DNA of 32,000 nt from Aciduliprofundum boonei T469 (GCF_000025665.1 NC_013926.1:1170001-1202000); one strand, 5' to 3'. Counted from the stretch's first letter, positions 1 to 9,543 are shown. Notes: generated by a model from the sequence alone, not told the origin. Program-made: numbers and translations.

Positions 1-1
1 T

Positions 2-1015
2 GCAGCTAAGAAAATCCTTGAAAACTGGAAAATGGATTGGAATGAAGGGAGAATAGTTATAGAGAATGGTAATGGCATAGTATTCATCGGTGTACGAGGT
101 GGGAGCAAGGCGAATTATACACTCGCTTTGATCCTTTCATCTATTCTATCACAAAAAATAGGAGAGAGTGTGGAATTCTCAGTATCTCCATACCATATTG
201 CTCTATTCAATCCCCATGTCAATGCTCCTTATATTAAAGAACTTTTGGAGAAATTGAGAAATGTAGAGGGCTTAGTGAGGCTTGTGGCCAAGAATTCCCG
301 TTTATTCAACTACATATTTATGCATGTTGCAAAAAAGATGGGTGTGATAAAGAAAGGGGCAGATATGAAAAAGGTAAGAATTGAGAAAATCGTGGATGCT
401 TACAAAGGTACACCCCTATACAAAGAAGTGCTAAACAAGATGAGCTTTGATTATATGGATGTTGAGGTTGTAAATTTAATATTAGAAAAGATAAGAGAGG
501 GGAAGACGGAAATAATCGTTAGAGAGATGAGCGATAAAAGCAAGATACTTCTGGAGGAGCATGGAGATTTGGTGTCACCAATCATAGCCACAAGACCCAT
601 TATAGAGGCCGTTCAGAAAAGATTATTGGAAGAGGATATGATTCTTGCCTGCCTATCTTGTGGAAAGAGCATACATATTAAAGTTAAGGATTTCAAAAAA
701 CCGATTTGCCCGTTTTGTGGAAGCGTGCGAGTAACTCTTTTAAAGCCCTATGAAGAGGATAAGCTTAAAATTCTAAAAAAGAAGAAATTCACGAGAGAGG
801 AGAAAAAAGAGTTAGATAGGATGATGGCAATTTCTCATCTTCTCAGAGTACATAAAAAAGCTGCAGCTTTAGCACTTGCAGGACGTGGCATAGGACTTAC
901 AACTGCAGCCAGGATATTACAAGTACCTTACGAGAACGAGTTCGAGATCGCAAAAAGAGTACTCAAAGAAGAATTAAAATATGCGCAGAATAAACAATTT
1001 TGGGATTTAAGATAA
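2..1015 (+). CDS. C-terminal part of a larger protein, probably an Lhr-type ATP-dependent helicase (DEAD-associated-like region plus zinc ribbon); 5' end lies outside the window
   Basis: The frame is open from nt 2 (AAKKILENWK precedes the Met at 32), so the ORF-track start is a window-edge artefact. GGSKANYTLALILSSIL and RLFNYIFMHVAKKMG resemble the region after the helicase core in Lhr-like proteins (recalled, not computed). A CLSC-x17-CPFC zinc ribbon lies at nt 650-718. Confidence 0.4.
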   Translation, partial: AAKKILENWKMDWNEGRIVIENGNGIVFIGVRGGSKANYTLALILSSILSQKIGESVEFSVSPYHIALFNPHVNAPYIKELLEKLRNVEGLVRLVAKNSRLFNYIFMHVAKKMGVIKKGADMKKVRIEKIVDAYKGTPLYKEVLNKMSFDYMDVEVVNLILEKIREGKTEIIVREMSDKSKILLEEHGDLVSPIIATRPIIEAVQKRLLEEDMILACLSCGKSIHIKVKDFKKPICPFCGSVRVTLLKPYEEDKLKILKKKKFTREEKKELDRMMAISHLLRVHKKAAALALAGRGIGLTTAARILQVPYENEFEIAKRVLKEELKYAQNKQFWDLR

Positions 1016-1045
1016 AAGTTAATAATTCTTCGCCCATACCCCTTT

Positions 1046-2281
1046 ATGAATCCTGAGCCTGGAGATTATGTGGAAGTCAAGACGGATAAAGGAATATTTA
1101 AAGGAGTTTTAATGCCAAGAAATAAATTTAGTGATGAGGATATAATCATTCTCAAGCTTGATAATGGATATAATGTGGGCATTGCGCCTCTCGAGATAAA
1201 GGTTCTTAAGAAGGGTGAGAAGAAAAAAAGAGTTAAAAGAGAGATAAAAAGCAGAGAAGGATTACCAACAATATCCATAATAGGCACAGGGGGCACCATT
1301 GCGAGTTATGTGGATTATAGGACAGGTGCAGTACATCCAGCATTAACTGCGGAAGATTTAATATTCTCCGTGCCCGAAATTGAGGAAGAGTGCAATGTCC
1401 GTGCTGAGGTGCTTTTCAATATTTTAAGTGAGGATATGAAACCTGAGTATTGGATCAAATTGGCAAAGCATGTGAAAAAAGAATTGGATAACTCGGAAGG
1501 AGTGGTTATACCTCATGGTACAGATACAATGAGCTATTCAGCCTCTGCCTTATCCTTTATGTTTGAGAACCAAACAGGTCCTATTGTTTTCGTTGGAGCC
1601 CAAAGAAGTTCAGACAGGCCAAGCAGTGATGCGTATATGAATCTTCTCTCAGCCGTAAAGGTTGCCAAGAGCGATTTAGGCGAGGTTGCAGTTGTGATGC
1701 ATGCGACCACAAGCGATGATTACTGCCATATTCATAGAGCTACGAGAGTGAGAAAGATGCACACCTCAAGAAGAGATGCTTTTAAGAGCATAAACTCAAA
1801 ACCTTTGGGGGAAGTTAGGGGAAATGAGATAAAATTTTATGGAGAGTACAAGAGAAAAAGTGAAGAAAATGTACTCTTAGAGAAAATGGACGAAAAAGTT
1901 GCCCTTATTTACTACTATCCGGGATTAAGTGAGGATATGCTTGAAAGAATGCTTGAGGGCATGCATGGAGCAATTATCATCGGTACAGGATTGGGCCATG
2001 TGGGTACCCATCTTCTAGATATCATTCAAAAGAAAATAAAGGATGGTATGATAATTGGAATAACTTCGCAATGCCTTTATGGAAGAGTGAATTTGAATGT
2101 TTATTCAACGGGCAGAGAACTGAAAAAAGCTGGAGTTATACCTCTGGAGGATATGCTACCAGAGGTTGCTTACATAAAATTGATGTGGCTTCTTGGAAAT
2201 TATGATGCTCAGAAAGCAAGAGCTCTATTATCTCAGAATCTAAGGGGCGAGCTCTCAACAAGGAGGATGATAACATGGTAA
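1046..2281 (+). CDS. gatD: Glutamyl-tRNA(Gln) amidotransferase subunit D (asparaginase-like)
   Basis: It carries the asparaginase-type motifs IGTGGTIAS and HGTDTM, and is 411 aa long. It overlaps the gatE start by 7 nt. Confidence 0.9.
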   Translation: MNPEPGDYVEVKTDKGIFKGVLMPRNKFSDEDIIILKLDNGYNVGIAPLEIKVLKKGEKKKRVKREIKSREGLPTISIIGTGGTIASYVDYRTGAVHPALTAEDLIFSVPEIEEECNVRAEVLFNILSEDMKPEYWIKLAKHVKKELDNSEGVVIPHGTDTMSYSASALSFMFENQTGPIVFVGAQRSSDRPSSDAYMNLLSAVKVAKSDLGEVAVVMHATTSDDYCHIHRATRVRKMHTSRRDAFKSINSKPLGEVRGNEIKFYGEYKRKSEENVLLEKMDEKVALIYYYPGLSEDMLERMLEGMHGAIIIGTGLGHVGTHLLDIIQKKIKDGMIIGITSQCLYGRVNLNVYSTGRELKKAGVIPLEDMLPEVAYIKLMWLLGNYDAQKARALLSQNLRGELSTRRMITW

Positions 2282-4065
2282 AGAGTGGGCTTGAAATACA
2301 CCAACAACTTGCTACAAAGAAGCTTTTTTGCAATTGTGATTCAAAATTAAGTGATAATGTAATTTACAAATTTGAGAGAGTTTTGAGACCCACTCAGAGC
2401 GAGATGGGCGAGATAGACAAGGCTGCTATTGAGGAAAGTTTGAAACATAGAAAATTCATATATGAAGCAACGGATAATTCTTGCTTGGTGGAGGCCGATG
2501 AAGAGCCTCCCCACGATTTGAATAGAGAAGCTCTTGATGTAGCACTAACAGTGGCTCTAATGCTCCATGCAAAGATTGTAGATGAGATTCATATAATGAG
2601 AAAAATAGTCATAGATGGTAGCAACACCTCCGGATTTCAGAGAACAGCACTTATCGCTGTGGATGGCTACATTGAAACATCATTTGGAAAGGTAAGAATT
2701 CCAACAATATGCTTAGAGGAAGAGGCAGCGAGGAAAATTGAGGAGAAGGATGATTATGTTGTTTATCGCTTAGATCGTTTAGGTATTCCTTTGATAGAGA
2801 TATCCACTGCTCCAGATATGAAAAATGGTGAAGAGGTAAAAGAAGTTGCCCAGAAAATAGGATACATATTAAGAGCTACAAAGAAAGTGCGAAGAGGAGT
2901 GGGTACCATTAGACAAGATATCAATCTATCCACAGGACAAGGCAGGGTGGAAATAAAGGGGGCTTCTAAGCTCAATATGATTCCAAAATGGGTGAATATG
3001 GAGATTGAGAGGCAAGAGATGCTTAAAGAGATAGCAAGAATCTTACAGGAAAGAAGGGCAATGGTGGATGAGAAAATTTACGATTTAACTGAAATATTTG
3101 AAGACACCGAGTCAAAAATAATAAAAAAGATGCTAAAGAAAGGAGGCAAGGTTTTGGGCATAAGACTTTTCGGATATGTCGGTGTGCTTAAAAATGATAA
3201 ATATAGATTAGGTAGGGAATTTGCAGACAGAGTTAGGGTGATTGGGATAAGGGGCCTCTTCCATTCAGACGAGCTTCCTGCTTATGGAATTAGCGCTGAA
3301 GAAGTTGAAAAAATAAGAGATTTGATGGGACTTGGAGAACAGGATGCTTTTGTGATTATCGCAGAGATGGAAGATAAGGCAAAGTTAGGACTAGAAAAAG
3401 TTATAGAAAGAGCTAAAATTGCAATAAAAGGGGTGCCTGATGAAACTAGGGGTCCAAGAGATGACGGTACCACTTATTATCTTAGGCCCTTACCAGGTGG
3501 AGCTAGAATGTATCCAGAGACAGATATACCACCAATAAGAATAAGTAAAGAGCACCTTCAAAAACTTGTAAGTTCTCTCCCGCCAATGCCTGAAGAGAGA
3601 GTTAAGGAGCTACTCTCTTTGGGTATAAATGAAGAGCTTGCTTGGCAACTTATCCACGAGGGTAAAGATGACTTGTTTGAATATCTATCAAAGAATTTCG
3701 GTTATCCAACAGTGGTGGCAAGAGCCCTTCTTCTTGGATGTGATGAAATAGATTATAAGGCTATATTCAAAGCGCTAAAAGATGGAAAATTTGCCAAAGA
3801 GGCTGTAGAGGAAATCGTTGAGCGTGCCTGTGGCGGTGAGAATATTGATGATCTCATACAGAATTTTTCCACTGAGGTAGATGTTGATGCCGTTATTGAT
3901 AAGATAATCAAAGAGAAAAAGGAGTTAATTGAAGAGCGCGGAGAAATGGCTTTTAAGCCTTTAATGGGGCTGGTTATGAAAGAACTTCGTGGTAAAGTGG
4001 ATGGAAAAATCATTGCAGAAAAATTAAAAGTTGCATTAAAAGAGCATTTAGAAAAAAATAAATAG
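2275..4065 (+). CDS. gatE: Glutamyl-tRNA(Gln) amidotransferase subunit E
   Basis: The N-terminus has GLEIHQQL, with LVEADEEPPH and GVGTIRQDINLS motifs typical of the GatB/GatE family. It is 596 aa and coupled to gatD. Confidence 0.9.
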   Translation: MVKSGLEIHQQLATKKLFCNCDSKLSDNVIYKFERVLRPTQSEMGEIDKAAIEESLKHRKFIYEATDNSCLVEADEEPPHDLNREALDVALTVALMLHAKIVDEIHIMRKIVIDGSNTSGFQRTALIAVDGYIETSFGKVRIPTICLEEEAARKIEEKDDYVVYRLDRLGIPLIEISTAPDMKNGEEVKEVAQKIGYILRATKKVRRGVGTIRQDINLSTGQGRVEIKGASKLNMIPKWVNMEIERQEMLKEIARILQERRAMVDEKIYDLTEIFEDTESKIIKKMLKKGGKVLGIRLFGYVGVLKNDKYRLGREFADRVRVIGIRGLFHSDELPAYGISAEEVEKIRDLMGLGEQDAFVIIAEMEDKAKLGLEKVIERAKIAIKGVPDETRGPRDDGTTYYLRPLPGGARMYPETDIPPIRISKEHLQKLVSSLPPMPEERVKELLSLGINEELAWQLIHEGKDDLFEYLSKNFGYPTVVARALLLGCDEIDYKAIFKALKDGKFAKEAVEEIVERACGGENIDDLIQNFSTEVDVDAVIDKIIKEKKELIEERGEMAFKPLMGLVMKELRGKVDGKIIAEKLKVALKEHLEKNK

Positions 4066-4106
4066 TAGGGTTATAATATCTTTTCTACCCAATAGGGTGA
4101 TGCCTC

Positions 4107-7100
4107 ATGAAAGGTGGAAGATTTGGTAAATTGGGGAGTATCCTAGTGGTAACTTTAATGGTTTTAACAGCGTTTGCAGTGATAATCAGTGTACAACCAT
4201 CCGTTCAGGCAAAGCAAGCAAATATGCAGGGAGTACACTTCTTATACAGGGATGTGCACATAAATGTAAAAGATTTGAAATATGTGACAGGCCCAAACGG
4301 TGGGAGATATATTGTAGGCAAGGGTATGAGGGAATTAACTAACCCTGGAGATCCTGCAGTACCTGTGAAAATAATAAGCTTTACCTTGCCTGCAGGTGCA
4401 AAGAACATAAGAGTCAATTTGCAAAATATATGGATGACTTCTTACGGAAAGCTGAAAATATCTCCAATACCTGCACCTGCATTGAAATCAGGAAGGGCTT
4501 TCCCGGCTAAGTTTTCACCACCAAAATACAATGAGAAAGTATACAAGTCCAGCAAATATTATCCCGATAAAAACTACGATTTTACAATAAGCAAGACAAT
4601 GGATAAGACGATAGTGAATGTTTACATATATCCTGTAAAGTACAATCCAGTTACAAACGAAGTAAAAGTAATGACCCATGCAAAGGTGGTTGTTTCCTAT
4701 TCTCCAGGCTCTCTTAAGAGCGGCAGTGCTCCTATTAATGTAGAAAACATAATAATCACCTCTCCACAGCTAAAGGCAGCAGCGCAGAGACTTGCAGATT
4801 TCCATAACAGCACAGGAGTAACATCATGGGTAGTTACAACTACTTGGATTGCAAAGAACTACCAGCCTGCACCGAATCCGCCAGTAAACGGATATGCAAA
4901 TGCTACCACAGATCCTTATGGTTTGCTCGGTGGTCAGGCCCTACCTCTGGAAAAGAATATGATAATAGGATACAATTATACATTGGCAAAGAAAATAATA
5001 GCATTCTTGCAGAATGAGAGTTATGGGAGTAATGTAGAATACATAACAATATTTGGTAATGCAAGAGCAGTACCGCCAAGCTATTACTGGACTGATCAGT
5101 ATATGTACCTACTGGCATATTATGGATTATCAGATATGTATGATGCATGGATACCCACGGATGCTTTCTATGCCCAGCCAAACTACAATTCTACATACTT
5201 CAGCTATGAGCCACAATTCTTCATAGGTAGAATTCCCGTTAATCCTTTGACTGCAAACAAGGTTGTTAATAAAATAATATATTACGCAACTCATAAAACT
5301 GCAGGTATAGAGAATGTCACACTCTCAGGAGGACAGGTATTTGAAACCCCATACTTCCTTGGAGAGACAGGAGTTCTAGAGCCACTTAACTATGGATGGC
5401 TTGATGGAGCAAAGGTCACTGAGTATTTCCACACACTAAGAAATTACACATATAATAATTTCATAAAGATGATGTACAACAGCGATATGATAATTGAAAT
5501 AACCCATGGCTCAGGATTTTCATTCTGGCACCACAACGATGAAGTTAGTGCTTGGGATTTCAGCATGAATTCATCCTATGGAAGCCTGCCAATTTACATA
5601 TCTGGCTCTTGCCTAAACGGTGCTTGGGATGAAGAGATGTATCCTTCAGAGTTTGCATCTGGAATAAATGGCGGTACATCAATAGCTGAAAAGATGCTTT
5701 ATGCACCAAATGGCATAATTGCATACTATGGAGCAGATAGAGAGGCATATGGAAGCACTTTTGCCTACTTTGATAATGGGACATTGGTAGCTCCAAATGA
5801 CTTTGGGGACTTGATAACAGAAGATGGTACTGTGGCAGGATATTTCCTAGCTACACACTATTATGGTTATGCAACCCTTGGTATGATGTACTATTATGCT
5901 CTGAGTCTTTACAACTATTGGCTAGGTGAAAATCTCACAAGTGTTGATCCATGGGATACTGGAATGAATGATAATCCTTGGGCAAGGTCTTACTTTGAAT
6001 ACTCACTCATAGGAGATCCCGCATTGAAAGTATCTGGAAACGGAGCCAGTTATCCATCTTACAATGTGCCAAGTGTTATAATACCCAACGCGGTTTATAA
6101 TTCAAATGATGTGCCAATAATTACAAGAGGAAAGGAAGTAAGCGTGAATATAAGTACCGATTCTCCAATAGTTAAAGTTGAGCTTCTTTATCTAGAGCAT
6201 GGATATGGTTCTGGTCCTTGGGGAGCACAGCCAACTTATTATGATTTCATACTTGATATGAAAACTTTGCATCCTGTGGCGACAAACAATGGGGTAAATA
6301 ACTTTACATATTCGTTTGTGCCAAATAGAGAAGGAACCTATATACTATCCGTATACAGTGCAGATGGAAAGAACACAAGGTTCTATATGTCTTGCAGCTC
6401 TCCAATGCCACCTCTGAGTGCTACGGAAAGAACAAATTATAATGGGAGAGCCTATAATGAGAATATAAAGAGTACCGCCCCAGATGTTCAGGTTATAACT
6501 CTTCTAGACTATGGAGATGTTGCATTTGGAAAAACCACGAATGTTACTGCGGTTGTATATAATTCTGGAAATGCTACAGCAACTAATATAACGGTTCATT
6601 TCTATCTGGAGAACTATGTTCTTATATTCCAAGAAGGTAACCTAAGCCATCCCTTGGTCTGGCTTGGGAATGCAACTATATCTTCTCTTGCACCTGGTGA
6701 AGTTGCTTATGTAACGATACCTTGGAAAGCTGTTAACTTAATACCTTTGGGAATGGATCCAACAAATTCTTCAGTTAGGTGGCAGTATGTAGTTGCGAGT
6801 GCTGATGTCGCTGGCGATACAAATTTGAATAACAACGCGATGTGGGCTTTGTTCCATGTGCATTTGCCTTTAGATGTCTGGGTTCAAAAAGTATTCATCC
6901 AAAAGGACCCAGTTGTAGGAGAGCCCAATAGTATCACATTTGAAATAACAAACATAGGCACAACAACCACTGCCACAAGCAATGTAACTGTTATGGATTA
7001 CTATGGTACAATAAAAACAGTGTCTGTGACTCTTGCACCTGGACAAACAAAGTTCATAACCGTGCCTTGGACACCAAAGGTTGCAGGTGAGGATATAATT

Positions 7101-8972
7101 GAAGTAATGGCAAGCACTCCAGGAGATCAGAATCCAAGGAATGATGTTAGCTTTTATTATCCAAATGGATACTGGTCAATTGCAACTTTCAAGGTATTGA
7201 GTTACGATGTAGAGCCAGTTATGGCATATCAGCGTGATGATAATATAAATATTGAGTTATACAACTTTGGTCCCTTAGCTTCTAATGGTACTAAAGTTGA
7301 TCTGTGGGAAATGGAAAATGTTACAGATATAAATATACAATCTCCGCATCCATATCCAAACAACTATGATAATGTTTGGACAATAACTGTTCCAAATGCA
7401 ACAAAGATAGCTTTGCACTTTAATTATCTATACGTTGAGCCTGGATGGGATTATGTGTATATTTACAACTCCACAGGCAAGCTACAAGTATCTTACACCG
7501 GCTTCTATAACGATCTGTGGACTCCGTTTATAAACGGCTCTACTGTGTATGTAGAGCTAGTATCTGATGAATCTGTTAATTATACTGGATTCTATATAGA
7601 CGCATATTCTACAGGGATCTCTCATATTGGTAGTACCCAGGTGGGTGCTATAGGTTCCGGAGATTATATAACTGCTATTATGTCTCTAGGTAATACTACT
7701 GCTGGGGTACACTATTATAAGATATCTACAAATACTCCGGGCGAGAGTGCAACACTGACCACAGGAGGTTCAAGCAATAATATTATTTATCAAACAATTA
7801 ATGTTACAGATACAATAGCTCCCCAGATAGAATCTTTCCATTTGGCGAATACCATTACAAATGATAGAAGTCCAGAGCTTAACTTTACATGGTACGATGA
7901 AATTTATAGTGGATTCTTCAAGGTGAGTGTACAGATAGATGGTATAACAATACCTGCGAGGGTAATTGCTAATGGCAATAGTGGAAATGTAATTGCAAAT
8001 GTTCCATTCCTGCTAGCTGATGGAAAGCATACTGTGCAAATAACTCTTGTAGATAATGGAGGGAATAAAGTTACTGAAAGTTGGACATTTACAGTGGATG
8101 CTACACCGCCAAGTTTGAAGATAACCACATCTACAAATACTCCTATAACATATACATCTACCTTCTGGATAAATGGAACCACAGAACCTGGTGCAACGGT
8201 GACCATAAATGGAGTAAATGTTCCTGTTGATCCAAATGGAAACTTTGCATATAAGACTACCTTGGTCAACGGTGAAAATGTGTTCCGGGTTGTGGCCACT
8301 GACGAGGCAGGCAACTCTGCCACGGAAATAGTTACTGCTTTATATTTGCCTCAGATACCAGAAATATTGAATGCGATTAATGCTATTAACTCGGAGATAA
8401 GTAATTTACAGAGTCAGGTAACTACTATGAAAGATGAAATCTCAGCTCTCCAAGGCAAGATATCTACTATCCAGGGTGACATATCCACAATTAACAGTGA
8501 TATAAATAATATAAAATCCCAGCTTGATACCCTAAATTCTAGAATTAATACACTGCAAAATGATTTAAAAGAGAATGTTACTGCTCTTAACAAAGCAATT
8601 GAGGAGTTAAATACAACATTGGTAAACAAGATTGAACAGAACATAAACAACTTGCAGAGCCAGATTAACGATTTGAAGAACCAAGCAAATGATTTACAGA
8701 GCAATATACAGCAGATTAACACAAATATAAGTGATATACAGAGTAAGAACAATGAGCAAGATAAGGCAATAAGCTCTAGCAATAACATAGGTTATGCAGG
8801 TATAGTTTTGGGAATTATAGCACTGATAATAGCGATAGTGGCGGTTGCAAGAAAGCCTAAGGTACCCATGCAGAAGGAGGAAAAGAAAGAAAGCACTAAA
8901 GAAAATCCTAGTGAAGAAAGTGAAGAAGATATAGATGAAACTGAAGAGGGCTCTGAGGAAGAAAAAGAATAA
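4107..8972 (+). CDS. Large secreted, membrane-anchored surface protein with a peptidase C25 (gingipain-like) core, CARDB/Ig-like and CUB-like domains, a coiled-coil stalk and a C-terminal TM anchor
   Basis: An SD-like GGGTGATG lies 6 nt upstream of the start. The N-terminal signal anchor ends in SVQA/KQ. IIEITHGSGFSFW (His467, nt 5505-5507) and YISGSCLNGAW (Cys502, nt 5610-5612) lie 35 residues apart, resembling the gingipain R His/Cys context (recalled). About 32 N-x-S/T sequons by manual count. Heptad-like Asn/Gln/Ser/Ile-rich segment at residues ~1412-1555, TM helix IGYAGIVLGIIALIIAIVAVA, then an acidic tail. Confidence 0.8.
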   Translation: MKGGRFGKLGSILVVTLMVLTAFAVIISVQPSVQAKQANMQGVHFLYRDVHINVKDLKYVTGPNGGRYIVGKGMRELTNPGDPAVPVKIISFTLPAGAKNIRVNLQNIWMTSYGKLKISPIPAPALKSGRAFPAKFSPPKYNEKVYKSSKYYPDKNYDFTISKTMDKTIVNVYIYPVKYNPVTNEVKVMTHAKVVVSYSPGSLKSGSAPINVENIIITSPQLKAAAQRLADFHNSTGVTSWVVTTTWIAKNYQPAPNPPVNGYANATTDPYGLLGGQALPLEKNMIIGYNYTLAKKIIAFLQNESYGSNVEYITIFGNARAVPPSYYWTDQYMYLLAYYGLSDMYDAWIPTDAFYAQPNYNSTYFSYEPQFFIGRIPVNPLTANKVVNKIIYYATHKTAGIENVTLSGGQVFETPYFLGETGVLEPLNYGWLDGAKVTEYFHTLRNYTYNNFIKMMYNSDMIIEITHGSGFSFWHHNDEVSAWDFSMNSSYGSLPIYISGSCLNGAWDEEMYPSEFASGINGGTSIAEKMLYAPNGIIAYYGADREAYGSTFAYFDNGTLVAPNDFGDLITEDGTVAGYFLATHYYGYATLGMMYYYALSLYNYWLGENLTSVDPWDTGMNDNPWARSYFEYSLIGDPALKVSGNGASYPSYNVPSVIIPNAVYNSNDVPIITRGKEVSVNISTDSPIVKVELLYLEHGYGSGPWGAQPTYYDFILDMKTLHPVATNNGVNNFTYSFVPNREGTYILSVYSADGKNTRFYMSCSSPMPPLSATERTNYNGRAYNENIKSTAPDVQVITLLDYGDVAFGKTTNVTAVVYNSGNATATNITVHFYLENYVLIFQEGNLSHPLVWLGNATISSLAPGEVAYVTIPWKAVNLIPLGMDPTNSSVRWQYVVASADVAGDTNLNNNAMWALFHVHLPLDVWVQKVFIQKDPVVGEPNSITFEITNIGTTTTATSNVTVMDYYGTIKTVSVTLAPGQTKFITVPWTPKVAGEDIIEVMASTPGDQNPRNDVSFYYPNGYWSIATFKVLSYDVEPVMAYQRDDNINIELYNFGPLASNGTKVDLWEMENVTDINIQSPHPYPNNYDNVWTITVPNATKIALHFNYLYVEPGWDYVYIYNSTGKLQVSYTGFYNDLWTPFINGSTVYVELVSDESVNYTGFYIDAYSTGISHIGSTQVGAIGSGDYITAIMSLGNTTAGVHYYKISTNTPGESATLTTGGSSNNIIYQTINVTDTIAPQIESFHLANTITNDRSPELNFTWYDEIYSGFFKVSVQIDGITIPARVIANGNSGNVIANVPFLLADGKHTVQITLVDNGGNKVTESWTFTVDATPPSLKITTSTNTPITYTSTFWINGTTEPGATVTINGVNVPVDPNGNFAYKTTLVNGENVFRVVATDEAGNSATEIVTALYLPQIPEILNAINAINSEISNLQSQVTTMKDEISALQGKISTIQGDISTINSDINNIKSQLDTLNSRINTLQNDLKENVTALNKAIEELNTTLVNKIEQNINNLQSQINDLKNQANDLQSNIQQINTNISDIQSKNNEQDKAISSSNNIGYAGIVLGIIALIIAIVAVARKPKVPMQKEEKKESTKENPSEESEEDIDETEEGSEEEKE

Positions 8973-8973
8973 C

Positions 8974-8991
8974 TCTTTTTTCTTTATTTTT
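8974..8991 (+). terminator. Oligo-T tract (T6, T3, T5) directly after the stop of the large surface-protein gene
   Basis: The sequence tcttttttctttattttt begins 2 nt after the TAA at 8970-8972. Archaeal RNA polymerase terminates at oligo-T runs. Confidence 0.45.
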
Positions 8992-9027
8992 GAGAAATTA
9001 AATATACTTTAACTCTTTTTTTACTAT

Positions 9028-9543
9028 ATGCTTATAGCTCTAACAGGAACTCCGGGTACTGGCAAAACTATAATTGCAAAGATACTGGAAAATGAGTATA
9101 GGGTAGTTTATCTAAAAGATTTCAAAGATGCCATACTTTACCATGACGAGGATAGAGATGCGGATGTTGTTGATATTGAGTATCTCAAGGAGAAAATAGA
9201 GAATATTGGAGAGGAGGTTATTATCGTAGAAGGACATTACTCTCACGAAATGCCTGTAGATGAGGTAATTGTGCTAAGATGCCATCCTGAAGAATTGAGA
9301 AAGAGATTGGAAAAAAGGGGGTATAATAAGGAGAAAATAAGAGAGAATCTGGAAGCAGAGGCCATGGGATTAATAACGGCAGAATCCATTAATTATCATG
9401 GAAAAGATAAAGTATTTGAGGTTGATACTACCACGAAGAAAGCGGAAGATGCTGCAAAAGAGGTGAAGCATATAATAAAAACATGGGACAAAAGATATCT
9501 GGCAAGAATAAACTATATGGAGGAAATACTCAAATGGTACTAA
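9028..9543 (+). CDS. Fap7/AK6-like putative adenylate kinase / NTPase (small-subunit ribosome maturation factor family)
   Basis: The N-terminal Walker A is LTGTPGTGKT. The 171-aa size and overall pattern match archaeal Fap7-type kinases. Confidence 0.7.
   Translation: MLIALTGTPGTGKTIIAKILENEYRVVYLKDFKDAILYHDEDRDADVVDIEYLKEKIENIGEEVIIVEGHYSHEMPVDEVIVLRCHPEELRKRLEKRGYNKEKIRENLEAEAMGLITAESINYHGKDKVFEVDTTTKKAEDAAKEVKHIIKTWDKRYLARINYMEEILKWY

Noticed and set aside
8340-8770. Nucleotide-level tandem repeat or satellite in the coiled-coil region.
   Set aside because: The periodicity is at the amino-acid (heptad) level only. The DNA shows no exact repeating unit.
7904-8788. Antisense ORFs of 139 aa (7904-8323) and 124 aa (8414-8788) inside the large surface-protein gene.
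   Set aside because: They lie opposite clearly coding Ig-like and coiled-coil segments. Their low-complexity Ser/Leu/Phe/Ile-rich composition is what antisense reading of AT-rich codons produces.
9483-9533. Upstream in-frame extensions offered by the ORF track (9483 for the CDP-alcohol transferase, 12779 for the membrane protein, 18615 for L7Ae, 29022 for the methyltransferase, 30678 for oppF).
   Set aside because: Each extension lies inside the preceding gene or lacks an SD. Downstream ATGs have a better SD or overlap context and match the conserved N-termini.
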